Below are positions 1 to 8,606 of a stretch of 64,000 nt of DNA, one piece after another (within the stretch, counting starts at the first letter, position 1; the number at the start of each line of letters is the position of its first letter). Where the stretch lies: the sequence record JX128259. One strand, written 5' to 3'. A program made the position numbers and the translations under genes. Origin of the DNA: Escherichia phage ECML-134. Under the pieces are notes generated by a model. That model worked only from the letters and a program-made list of their open reading frames with translations. It had not been told where the DNA came from and ran no database searches.

Positions 1-379
1 TTCCGATAAGCTGTTCAAATTCTGCTTGGAAATCTTTACTGCTGGCAGATTCATTAAGACGTGTACCGTTAACGGTGATTTCAAAAACGTTCGGTTTTTG
101 TCCTCTTTTGATATAGTACTTTTTCTCATCATATTCCATCCACAGTTCAACTAAAAGTTCTTTCTTATTTGTGCTGTTTATTAATTGGCCTTTCTTTACA
201 TCACGAAATGGCTTGCCAAAAAGCCCAAATGTGATGGCTTCTAACATAGTAGACTTACCACCGCCATTTCGTCCAGTAATAAGAGTTTTTTGAACCTTAT
301 CTAATTGAATGTCAACTCCATTTTGACCAACTGACATTATATTTTTATATTTTACTCTATTAAGTTTAAATGATTTCAT
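1..379 (-). CDS. 46: Recombination endonuclease subunit gp46 (Rad50/SbcC-like ATPase), N-terminal part; gene continues past window start
   Basis: Reverse-strand translation from ATG at 377-379 reads MKSFKLNRVKYKNIMSVGQNGVDIQLDKVQKTLITGRNGGGKST (Walker A); matches recalled T4 gp46 N-terminus; adjacent to gene 47. Confidence 0.85.
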   Translation of the reverse strand, partial: MKSFKLNRVKYKNIMSVGQNGVDIQLDKVQKTLITGRNGGGKSTMLEAITFGLFGKPFRDVKKGQLINSTNKKELLVELWMEYDEKKYYIKRGQKPNVFEITVNGTRLNESASSKDFQAEFEQLIG

Positions 380-394
380 TTTGTATCCAATTGT

Positions 395-1249
395 TCACAA
401 TGAAGAAAATTCTTTAACTAAAGCCTGTAATGAAGCCTCTATTGGATATCCATTCTTAACTAACATTTTCCTAAACATCACATGTTTAGGACGATTATAT
501 GATATCCACAATTCATACAATTTATCTTTATTATCCCAATGATAGCCTTTTCGTCTAGATGCTATATGAGCTTTTCTAATCTCCGGATTTTTCCAACTAG
601 CAGCTACTGAATTTGATATAGCTATTTTATATTCAGGTTTTGATAAAGCAGCACGAACAGCCTTTTGGTGTTTAATTTTATTTTCTTCGTTATTAAACCA
701 TTCCCTTGAAGCCATTGAAATTTTTTGTTTTGTTTTAAAATTATTTAATCTTTCTTTGTTATCTTTCCTATTTTTTGCTACTGAAAAATATTTTAATGCC
801 CTTTCTCTAGCAGCATTTCTATTTTGCGGATTTGAATAATACTGTTGAAGCCTTTTTGATATTGTGTCACTTACATCTCGTTTTATAAAACTATATTCAG
901 CAGCTATTAAATCAACTTCGGCTAAAGATAAATTTTTATATGTTTTTCCTGACATCATTCTATTTAAAGCATTTAGCATTTTTCCATTTTTACCTTTTGC
1001 TAATAAGAAGTGTGCTTTAAAATGATTAAAATGACTTAAATTAACTAAATTCCATGTAGATTTTAAATATTCAGGAAATATTGATTTAGGAAGCACGTGG
1101 TGTGCTTCCGTTTTACCTGGAGTTTTAACAGTTGAATTCATAGAAATAAAATTAATGTAAGACTTGGCGTCTTCTTCACTCAACGCTAATTTTTCAACTA
1201 ATTCCTTTATTAAAAATTCATCATTAATGTCAAGTTTAAAATTCTTCAC
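395..1249 (-). CDS. Free-standing HNH homing endonuclease (Mob-like) with C-terminal basic DNA-binding region
   Basis: 284 aa ORF; HNH core EAHHVLPKS...NLVNLSHFNHFKAH as in T4 Mob-type endonucleases; lysine/arginine-rich C-terminal half; lies between genes 46 and 47. Confidence 0.7.
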   Translation of the reverse strand: MKNFKLDINDEFLIKELVEKLALSEEDAKSYINFISMNSTVKTPGKTEAHHVLPKSIFPEYLKSTWNLVNLSHFNHFKAHFLLAKGKNGKMLNALNRMMSGKTYKNLSLAEVDLIAAEYSFIKRDVSDTISKRLQQYYSNPQNRNAARERALKYFSVAKNRKDNKERLNNFKTKQKISMASREWFNNEENKIKHQKAVRAALSKPEYKIAISNSVAASWKNPEIRKAHIASRRKGYHWDNKDKLYELWISYNRPKHVMFRKMLVKNGYPIEASLQALVKEFSSL

Positions 1250-1461
1250 AAAAGATTCCTTTTAATGTATCTTTTAGACCATTCTATCATATCATCATAA
1301 TCTAAAAAGTATTCATCAAATTCAGCCATGCAAACAACACCTTGTGCTGTTTTTGATGTAATATAAATTATTCCAACATATCTAGAATCTTCTTCGGTAT
1401 AATCAATGTTTGCTATGAATTCATCATTAATGTCAAATGTCGAAAACTTCACAGTATGCAT
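1246..1461 (-). CDS. Hypothetical small protein (46.1-like position); likely start at internal Met of the 1246..1509 ORF
   Basis: ORF track 1246..1509; N-terminal motif FDINDEF shared with the HNH ORF; 4-nt overlap with HNH start. Confidence 0.4.
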   Translation of the reverse strand: MHTVKFSTFDINDEFIANIDYTEEDSRYVGIIYITSKTAQGVVCMAEFDEYFLDYDDMIEWSKRYIKRNLL

Positions 1462-1696
1462 CCTTAATACAAGATACAGCCATATCTCGTAATGATTTAG
1501 GTGTGTCATTATCTAAAATGTTGAAGTTAAAAGATATAGCCCAGTCAGTGCAAACTGTAACCTTTTTAATATAATTATCTTCAACTTCTAGTGGTTCAAA
1601 CCAGTATTCAATAATTTCTTTATGACCAATATCATCTTTTACTTCGCATTCAAAATGCTGACTCATCATAACATTTTTAAATTCATCAAAAGTCAT
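1433..1696 (-). CDS. Hypothetical protein (46.2-like position)
   Basis: 87 aa ORF immediately downstream of gene 47 with 4-nt overlap at its start; acidic, Cys-containing. Confidence 0.45.
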   Translation of the reverse strand: MTFDEFKNVMMSQHFECEVKDDIGHKEIIEYWFEPLEVEDNYIKKVTVCTDWAISFNFNILDNDTPKSLRDMAVSCIKDAYCEVFDI

Positions 1697-2712
1697 TGTG
1701 TTGCCTCTACATATAGCTGATTTGCATATTGAATAAGTGCTTCACGGTCAGAATCAGTGATGTCTGGAATTGCATTAATGTATTCTTCCATCAATGTCTG
1801 AAGCGATTGAACTTCAACCTCTTCGCTGTCATCTGACTCGACAGAGTTATCAATCTTTGACACAACTCGTAATGAATGCACAACTTTCTCTAGTTCAGAT
1901 TCGAACTTCGTCAGATTTTTGTCTACTTCAGTTACTATAACACGTACTGATAGATTTGTAAAATCTTTATAGTCAATTTTTCCTTTAAATGGATAATGAA
2001 TTCTACGATGCCAGGTAGTGTTGTTTGGAATAAATTCCATTCGTTCTGTTTCTGTATCAAACATCCAGAACCCACGAGGGTCATTCTCGTCACCTGCAGT
2101 TAGTGTCCATGGTGTCCCAATATATCTGACGTTAGCAGCCTCAGAGATAGTATGGAAGTGACCAGACCACACCTCTTTATAAGTCTTAAGGAAATCAGGT
2201 TCAAGACCGTGAGATTTCATTCCTTTATAAAAATAAAATCCATTCAGTTCCCAGTGACCAACACAAAAAGAAGCAGATGAAGTTTTGATGTGCTCAAGAA
2301 TTTCACCAGTATTTTCTTCACACATCCAAGGAATTAAATCAATCAAACATCCGTCAAAATCTACTGTAGTAGGCTTATCATATACTTTAACATTAGGATA
2401 TTTAGCCAAAAGCTCAGTAGAAGCATTTGGAGTTAAAGTATTTTTAAAGTGCATATCATGGTTTCCTACAACAGTATGCAGGGTAATACCAGCATCATCA
2501 AGCATTTGAACTATTTCACGAGCAAACTCCATAGTTTTATGCGTGATTGCTTTTCGCACATCAAAAATATCGCCGTATTGAATCCAGGTAGTAATTCCAT
2601 TTTTCTTAGAATATTCTATCGCTTGCTTAATTCCATCCAACTGAATGGATTGAACCCACTCATCATCGGCTTTAACGCCTAGATGCCAATCACCTAAATT
2701 TAAAATTTTCAT
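1693..2712 (-). CDS. 47: Recombination endonuclease subunit gp47 (Mre11/SbcD-like phosphoesterase)
   Basis: 339 aa; calcineurin-like phosphoesterase motifs (GDWHLG, GDIFD, GNHD, GHFH); length and sequence match recalled T4 gp47. Confidence 0.9.
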   Translation of the reverse strand: MKILNLGDWHLGVKADDEWVQSIQLDGIKQAIEYSKKNGITTWIQYGDIFDVRKAITHKTMEFAREIVQMLDDAGITLHTVVGNHDMHFKNTLTPNASTELLAKYPNVKVYDKPTTVDFDGCLIDLIPWMCEENTGEILEHIKTSSASFCVGHWELNGFYFYKGMKSHGLEPDFLKTYKEVWSGHFHTISEAANVRYIGTPWTLTAGDENDPRGFWMFDTETERMEFIPNNTTWHRRIHYPFKGKIDYKDFTNLSVRVIVTEVDKNLTKFESELEKVVHSLRVVSKIDNSVESDDSEEVEVQSLQTLMEEYINAIPDITDSDREALIQYANQLYVEATQ

Positions 2713-2849
2713 ATATCAAGAACCGTCATTGAAATGCAAAATAAAATTATTGAAATAAATCCATCTGGAGTGCTAAAGAACCCAATCCAACATGCTCTAG
2801 TGAATAGATAAAATGCAAGAAAAAGTATCACATATCCAAGAAATATCAT
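2709..2849 (-). CDS. Small hydrophobic peptide (46 aa), translationally coupled to gene 47 (ATGA overlap)
   Basis: Own reverse-strand reading: MIFLGYVILFLAFYLFTRACWIGFFSTPDGFISIILFCISMTVLDI; below the ORF-track size cutoff; stop overlaps the gene 47 ATG. Confidence 0.3.
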   Translation of the reverse strand: MIFLGYVILFLAFYLFTRACWIGFFSTPDGFISIILFCISMTVLDI

Positions 2850-2888
2850 TATATCAAACTCCGTATAAAGCTAAAGGGCCGAAGCCCT

Positions 2889-4091
2889 TTATTTTGTAAT
2901 AATGTCAAACTGTTCTTTAAAGCAGAAGCTTGAATCTTGATGCTGATACAAAAATTCATATGCTTTTTCTCGCTCACGGTCATAAAGAGCTCGGTCAGAT
3001 GACAGTTCTTTAATACGCTCGAATGTTGATTCCATGTCATTTTCATCAAACCAAATGATACCGCTATCATGCGAGGTCAAAGGAGTATTATCAACACGGA
3101 ATTTTAAATTTTCGCCAGTAGATTTCCAAAATACCGGAATTGTTCCACAAGCACCAAGCTCGAGATGAGTATATTCTAAAGAACGTTGTAGATATTTTTT
3201 GTCCAACTTACTCAACTGATAACCAAATCCGGATTTACTCATGCGTTCAAGCATTTCGCTATTTACATAACGGTCAAGAATTTGCGTTGGCAAATTAGGA
3301 GCAATTTTAATTTGGTCTACTTGATGAAGACGATAATACTCATATGGAATTCCTTTTTCTTTAATAGGAATGAACGCTGGAGAACGTTCCAGACCTTCCA
3401 TAATAGTACTTAGTCCTGCAGGTTTAAGATGTTTTTCGTGAAAATCAAACATCTGATAAAAGCCTTTCCATGTAGTAGTACGACCAATCCAACGGTTGAT
3501 ATTCATGTTAATTTCAGAAACATCTTTCCAGTAGGTTGATCTAACCTTCGCAATATCCATAGGAGGCTGAAAGTTATATACTGTCGGCGCTTCTTCAATA
3601 TCATCAAACAAAGAAACTGTTTCAGGATACCATTCTTTCATCAGAACTTTATTAAAATCGCCATTATCAGAATGACTAAAAATAACATCAGCTCGACGAA
3701 CAGTTTCTTCTAATCCCAAATTTCGACGCAAAGAAAGAGAAGAATGGTCATGTTGATAAACTACAACACGAACCGAAGGTTTAATGTTATCAATAATTTT
3801 TTTATAGTTATTAATAGTGTCTTCTTCAACTGAAGTAGCAGGAACTGAATTGATAATTAGAATATCACAATCATTTACCAGCTTAAGTGTTTTATCGTAT
3901 TCTTTTGCCAATAAAACCGGAATTGAAAATGATTTATAATCATGCGCACAGTTACGAGTAAATGATTTATCTTTAGCATAAACCAAAGTTACTTCATGAC
4001 CATTTTTAATAAACCAATCACGCTGCTCAAGAGAAAATTTAGTTACACCGCAACCTTCAAGACCTCGAGCCATAAAAATACATACTTTCAT
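2889..4091 (-). CDS. a-gt: DNA alpha-glucosyltransferase
   Basis: 400 aa; sequence (CIFMARGLEGCGVTKFSLEQRDWFIKNGHEVTLVYAKDKSF...) matches recalled T4 a-gt; correct position relative to 47 and 55. Confidence 0.9.
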   Translation of the reverse strand: MKVCIFMARGLEGCGVTKFSLEQRDWFIKNGHEVTLVYAKDKSFTRNCAHDYKSFSIPVLLAKEYDKTLKLVNDCDILIINSVPATSVEEDTINNYKKIIDNIKPSVRVVVYQHDHSSLSLRRNLGLEETVRRADVIFSHSDNGDFNKVLMKEWYPETVSLFDDIEEAPTVYNFQPPMDIAKVRSTYWKDVSEINMNINRWIGRTTTWKGFYQMFDFHEKHLKPAGLSTIMEGLERSPAFIPIKEKGIPYEYYRLHQVDQIKIAPNLPTQILDRYVNSEMLERMSKSGFGYQLSKLDKKYLQRSLEYTHLELGACGTIPVFWKSTGENLKFRVDNTPLTSHDSGIIWFDENDMESTFERIKELSSDRALYDREREKAYEFLYQHQDSSFCFKEQFDIITK

Positions 4092-4334
4092 TTAATATCC
4101 TCATTGTTTTGGTTTATTTTACCAAAAATTTATAAAGCAATATAGGAGCCGAAGCTCCTATCCGCATAATACGCCATACAAAGGCTCGTTAGAGCTTCTA
4201 AATTTTATACACTTATATGTTATAGTTCCTTCTGCTTTAGCTTTATCATGAGACTCTTTAAAGCGTCTCATCATTTCCTCTTTAGAGGAACGAATTTTAT
4301 TATAATCTATTTCAGAAGTCTGGGTGTTCATCTT

Positions 4335-4541
4335 TCACAGTTGCCACCATTTTTTGACTTGGTAAGAATCAACCCACACTTTCATATTAGGGTCTGCTCT
4401 TACAATAGGAGGATTAACTTCTTTAATTGAACTATCGTGGTATTCTTTTTCAGAAATTTTCACACAAAGATGACCATTCAAAGATTCAGTAAATCCTGCA
4501 TTAATTTTAAGACGCTTGAATTTTACGTGTGTAAGCATCAA
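4335..4541 (-). CDS. Hypothetical small protein
   Basis: 68 aa ORF between a-gt and 55; start overlaps the stop region of the upstream ORF. Confidence 0.35.
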   Translation of the reverse strand: MMLTHVKFKRLKINAGFTESLNGHLCVKISEKEYHDSSIKEVNPPIVRADPNMKVWVDSYQVKKWWQL

Positions 4542-4824
4542 TCATATCCTCAATCTGCGATCTAGTAGTCTTCCAAAGAATACTGATGAGTTCATCGTTA
4601 TATGGCTGTTTTAGAATATCCCGACTTTTCTTGATAGCATATTCGTATTGAGCAAAATTATTGTTTTCAGCTGCAATCTGAGCGTGCTTATAAAGACGAT
4701 TCAGTTCGCGTTTGTTTTTAGACAATAACTTATTTGCTTTTCTTTCTGCTTCAAGACGGTTCTTTTCTTCAATAGAAGAAATAAGCTTTTCCACTTCATC
4801 ATTAATTTCGGGTTTATCAGTCAT
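4507..4824 (-). CDS. Hypothetical protein, predicted helical/coiled-coil
   Basis: 105 aa ORF, charged and helical-looking; tight packing with flanking ORFs. Confidence 0.5.
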   Translation of the reverse strand: MTDKPEINDEVEKLISSIEEKNRLEAERKANKLLSKNKRELNRLYKHAQIAAENNNFAQYEYAIKKSRDILKQPYNDELISILWKTTRSQIEDMIDAYTRKIQAS

Positions 4825-4825
4825 A

Positions 4826-5044
4826 TTATTTCTCTAATATAAAATAAAAATCATCATCTGTTAAATGATACCGATAGTTTAATTCTACACCATTAGATTT
4901 AAAAGCGGTATCATACGGATTTTCTGGATCAATATCAATGTCAAGAGCTAAAACTTCCCTGAGATACATTTTAAGTAAATAGGGAATAGCTTCAACTTCA
5001 GGTATTTCTTCCAAGAATCCGGAGAGGTTAATCGTTAGCCTCAT
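4826..5044 (-). CDS. Hypothetical protein
   Basis: 72 aa ORF directly downstream of gene 55, overlapping its stop. Confidence 0.5.
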
Positions 5045-5585
5045 ATAAAAAATCCAAACTAGGAGAATCGTCTACAACACTTTTCTTTTCAGCCCCCGGT
5101 GTTCTATAGGTTGATTCTTCGTAATGCGTCATTTTATCGTAGATGTCTTGAATAAAAGTTTCATCTACTAACGCAACCATATCGTCGTCACGGCTGTCAT
5201 AGACATTGTGAACGAAGTAACTATATTTCTTTGCAACTTCCTTACGTTCTTTTTTAATACGTTGGACGAATGCATTAAAACAAGCTTGAGTTATATACGC
5301 ATGTGGGTTTTTATATTTCGTTTCATCAAAATTGTGAAGCCCCTTAATAGAAGCTTCTATACCATCTGCAATCATTTCTTGTTTCCAAGACTGGGTGTAT
5401 CCTGAAAAGTTGAAACGTTTAGATAAGCCTTCTGCAATAAGCATAATGGCTAATCCGATAGTATCATTCTGACGAACTACTTTATTTGGGTCTTTATTAT
5501 TTGCTAATTCTGTTTTCCAATCAATAATAGCTTGTAAAAGCTCTTTATTGTTTACGTAATTATATTTAGGCTTAGTTTCTGACAT
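5028..5585 (-). CDS. 55: Late-transcription sigma factor gp55
   Basis: Start at third codon of the 187 aa ORF gives 185 aa [53 protein letters not shown]..., matching recalled T4 gp55. Confidence 0.9.
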
Positions 5586-5663
5586 TTTCACCTCTTAGCT
5601 CAATTCATAGATCTATTATATCATAATATTTGAAGATCTATCTTAAAGCATAGAGGATATCAG

Positions 5664-5933
5664 TTATCTAAGTAAGCAGTATGCTTGGAATACTTTCTCC
5701 ATCATCTTTTTAAATTCATGAATATCTATATAATGACTAGTTAGATCAGCATGATATAAAAAGTCTAAAAACTTTTCATGTGTGCTAACATATTCGCTTT
5801 CATTTAATTCAGAAACATGACTTTCCCAATATCCAACACCAGTCTTATTTGGGAAAAATGAAATTTTCATGCATTGATCAACATAGAAAATGCCATAATT
5901 TTCAATAGTAATAGAAATATTAATAAATTTCAT
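5664..5933 (-). CDS. Hypothetical protein
   Basis: 89 aa ORF in a minus-strand small-gene run. Confidence 0.45.
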   Translation of the reverse strand: MKFINISITIENYGIFYVDQCMKISFFPNKTGVGYWESHVSELNESEYVSTHEKFLDFLYHADLTSHYIDIHEFKKMMEKVFQAYCLLR

Positions 5934-6145
5934 ACATTCATCAACTTAGCCGCTTCAAGAGCTGCATCTAGTGAATCAAATTGGTCAACATATTCAATCA
6001 ATTCGCCGTAATTGGCATATAACCACCATTGGCTAAATTCATACTCAAGGATGAATCCATTTCCTTCAATTTGAGTTAAACCAATGCCATTTGTATTTAC
6101 TTCATATCCAGCAAGACGCAAATCGTTAATAAGAGCTTCGTTCAT
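5930..6145 (-). CDS. Hypothetical protein
   Basis: 71 aa ORF, 4-nt overlap with downstream ORF. Confidence 0.45.
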   Translation of the reverse strand: MNEALINDLRLAGYEVNTNGIGLTQIEGNGFILEYEFSQWWLYANYGELIEYVDQFDSLDAALEAAKLMNV

Positions 6146-6147
6146 AA

Positions 6148-6474
6148 TTATACCTTAGCAATTTTCAGGTCTGCAAATTTTTTCTTGCGTTGATTTTTCA
6201 TGCGACGAATAGTCTTATCGGAAATTTCATGCTTTTGATAAGCTTTAGATTCTACACCAAAAGCTTTAACATCAAATTCTGACAAGATATATTGAACCAG
6301 CAATTCACGGACAGTATTGCGTCCAATCTTCTGATCATTCTGTTTCATCGTCTGATGAAGCTCTTTTTCCCATTTATCCAAAATTTGAGGAGTTACAATA
6401 TCGCCTTTTTCTAGCAAAGAAACTACTTTATCATATGCGTAAGAATTAATGACGTTTTTAATTTGAATAGTCAT
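6148..6474 (-). CDS. Hypothetical protein
   Basis: 108 aa ORF; basic C-terminus. Confidence 0.45.
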   Translation of the reverse strand: MTIQIKNVINSYAYDKVVSLLEKGDIVTPQILDKWEKELHQTMKQNDQKIGRNTVRELLVQYILSEFDVKAFGVESKAYQKHEISDKTIRRMKNQRKKKFADLKIAKV

Positions 6475-6526
6475 ACATTATCCTCAATTACGTTAAAATT
6501 TTATTATCCAAAAAGGGCCGAAGCCC

Positions 6527-6727
6527 TTAGCTAAACTTTTTGGCACCCTTCCAGCCTTCGTACATCATTGCGACTGACAATGACAAAGCTCCTTCACATG
6601 CTGCATACTTATTATTCCAGAACCAATTTAGAAAAACTTCATCCTCAATACCATTGTGTTTCATGTTCTGGAAAAATTTGGCGCGTTCTTCAGCAATTCG
6701 CTGCGATAATTTAGATTCAGGATTCAT
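6527..6727 (-). CDS. Hypothetical protein
   Basis: 66 aa ORF preceded downstream by a GC hairpin (6511-6527). Confidence 0.4.
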   Translation of the reverse strand: MNPESKLSQRIAEERAKFFQNMKHNGIEDEVFLNWFWNNKYAACEGALSLSVAMMYEGWKGAKKFS

Positions 6728-6943
6728 TTAAATTTCCCAATTACCATTTTCATCAATAAATTTAATCCAGTCATTTACTGACCACTTGGTCGTATCACCT
6801 TTTGGAGTAACATTTAAAGTGTATAGCCCTTGCTTAAAAAGCATTCGTTTGATATTCATATTTTCCTCAGCTGTAACGATAACACTCGTTTGATTTACGT
6901 TTAGCAACTCGTTGAGAAGTATTATAATCAAAATCATCATCAA
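6728..6943 (-). CDS. Hypothetical small protein; true start probably the internal Met near 6859
   Basis: ORF track; N-terminal 28 codons overlap the upstream ORF and look like non-coding leader. Confidence 0.35.
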   Translation of the reverse strand: MMMILIIILLNELLNVNQTSVIVTAEENMNIKRMLFKQGLYTLNVTPKGDTTKWSVNDWIKFIDENGNWEI

Positions 6944-7205
6944 TGTAAACTGATTTTTTCAACTTTCTTACTTCACTGCGTAATTGGCGATTTAGCTCAT
7001 CTTTAACTTCTGAATCAATGCCTTTCATTCTACGCCATTTATCTGAGCGAAAAATGTTTTCAACCATATCTTTATGACTTACACCATCAGGAGCTTTACG
7101 CTTTCCGAAATAGTCATAATCACGCACTTTCAAGTCTTTACGACGATACGTTTTACCCATGGAGTTTAATTTCCTTAGCAACTGAACTAAATACAGCACG
7201 GTCAC
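6867..7205 (-). CDS. Hypothetical basic protein
   Basis: 112 aa ORF, Lys/Arg-rich. Confidence 0.4.
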   Translation of the reverse strand: MTVLYLVQLLRKLNSMGKTYRRKDLKVRDYDYFGKRKAPDGVSHKDMVENIFRSDKWRRMKGIDSEVKDELNRQLRSEVRKLKKSVYIDDDFDYNTSQRVAKRKSNECYRYS

Positions 7206-7335
7206 AAATCATGTGTTTATGTAACTTAAGTATAAGATAATAAACATCATAACCATTTACGTAAGTAACGCGAACAGCATTACCATTAATAAGATAATAC
7301 TGTCCCTTTTTAATTTCTTTATCAATCATAACCAT
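7153..7335 (-). CDS. Hypothetical protein; first gene after an early promoter
   Basis: 60 aa ORF; early-promoter-like motif at 7361-7400 upstream. Confidence 0.4.
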   Translation of the reverse strand: MVMIDKEIKKGQYYLINGNAVRVTYVNGYDVYYLILKLHKHMICDRAVFSSVAKEIKLHG

Positions 7336-7360
7336 ATCAATTCCTCAAAGGCAATTCATG

Positions 7361-7400
7361 TGTTAATAATACCACAGTTTGAGCTCGCTGTAAACAACTT
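7361..7400 (-). promoter_or_regulatory. Early (sigma70-like) promoter
   Basis: Reverse strand carries GTTTACA -35-like box with A/T-rich upstream element and -10-like hexamer; precedes gene start at 7335. Confidence 0.4.
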
Positions 7401-7493
7401 TGTGAAAATTATTTTAGGGAATGATAAGAAGGGAACGATAGCTTAGAATGGTAATATACAGAATGTAAGAAAGAAAGGCCCAGAGGGCCCGTC

Positions 7494-7802
7494 TTAGTCT
7501 TCTATGATATCCCTATCATATCCAAGTGAAATGAGAGTTTCTTTGAAGTGTTTAATGTTCTTTTGTCTAGAATCATTAATGAAAATGACTGGATAACGAA
7601 TGTTAAGAGATGTGAATCCAGCGCGTTTAGCAAGAGATACAATCAGTGGACGATCATACTCAATCTTACCGTTATTTGTAAGAACTTTATAGAAAGTAAA
7701 AGGAGCATTAAGCTCCTTTAGAAGTTTTGTAACTGATTGACATCCAGGACAACGACCTACTTCATCTGGAATTCCATAGACTTCAATCTTATTTTGTTTC
7801 AC
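7494..7802 (-). CDS. nrdH: Glutaredoxin-like protein NrdH
   Basis: 102 aa; CPGC redox motif near N-terminus; position upstream of nrdG/nrdD as in T4. Confidence 0.75.
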   Translation of the reverse strand: MKQNKIEVYGIPDEVGRCPGCQSVTKLLKELNAPFTFYKVLTNNGKIEYDRPLIVSLAKRAGFTSLNIRYPVIFINDSRQKNIKHFKETLISLGYDRDIIED

Positions 7803-7804
7803 AA

Positions 7805-8017
7805 CTATTCCTTACTAAGAGCAGCATTCAGCTTGTTAGTAATTTTATCCAGACGCTCATTAAACTCACTAGAAGATAAGCCCTTTTCTGGAGAAATCAA
7901 ACTAATCACGAAAAATATAGCAATAAAAGGAATAAGGAAAATAGCTCCAACTGCCATAAACAGAAAGAATGTTACAGTTGTAAGAAAATCAGCTAAACCT
8001 TTACGAAATTTATACAT
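7805..8017 (-). CDS. Hypothetical membrane protein
   Basis: 70 aa ORF with a long hydrophobic segment (VTFFLFMAVGAIFLIPFIAIFFVISLI). Confidence 0.45.
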   Translation of the reverse strand: MYKFRKGLADFLTTVTFFLFMAVGAIFLIPFIAIFFVISLISPEKGLSSSEFNERLDKITNKLNAALSKE

Positions 8018-8135
8018 TTACATTTACCTTTAATTGATTAACCAAGCATTGATAAGCACTAAACTATATTGGGAATAAAATTCTGGACCAAAATGAAAAA
8101 TCATATCATTTATAGTATCCATAATGTAATTCAAT

Positions 8136-8606
8136 TTAATCATGTTTCCACACCCCATCGGTATTTGACCAAAGCCGCTGATTATCTGATCCTCGCCACA
8201 GCTTTTTGGTCGGAAGATTTTTCTCATACTTCCCATCAATAATAACATCAACATATTTAAGCATTTCTAGTTGTTTAATATCTTCAAACTTATATCCTGT
8301 CCACAACCAAATGCTTTTATTGGGATAAAGATTTTTTACTGTTTGAACAATGCAATGAATAACATCTCGGTTATCAGGATAGAGAGGGTCACCTCCAGTT
8401 ATAGTCAATCCTTCTATATAATCATTATTCAAACATTCAATTAATTGTTCTAGTGTTTCACCAGTGAATGGAATACCATTTCTAGCATTCCATGTTGATT
8501 TATTATAACACCCTTCACATTTATGCAAACAACCTGTAACGAAAAGAACGGTCCTGCAGCCAGGACCATTAATAAAATCGCAAGGATAAAATCTATCATA
8601 ATTCAT
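8136..8606 (-). CDS. nrdG: Anaerobic ribonucleotide reductase activating protein (radical SAM)
   Basis: 156 aa; CxxxCxxC cluster motif (GCLHKCEGCYN); 4-nt overlap with nrdD. Confidence 0.9.
   Translation of the reverse strand: MNYDRFYPCDFINGPGCRTVLFVTGCLHKCEGCYNKSTWNARNGIPFTGETLEQLIECLNNDYIEGLTITGGDPLYPDNRDVIHCIVQTVKNLYPNKSIWLWTGYKFEDIKQLEMLKYVDVIIDGKYEKNLPTKKLWRGSDNQRLWSNTDGVWKHD

Noticed and set aside
2285-2682. Plus-strand ORFs 2285..2509 and 2449..2682
   Set aside because: Lie entirely inside the minus-strand gene 47 coding region; low-complexity antisense reads
2849-3070. Minus-strand 73 aa ORF overlapping the a-gt 3' end
   Set aside because: Alternative frame inside a-gt; the a-gt frame is strongly supported
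5208-5405. Plus-strand ORF of 65 aa
   Set aside because: Antisense to gene 55; hydrophobic junk composition typical of AT-rich antisense frames
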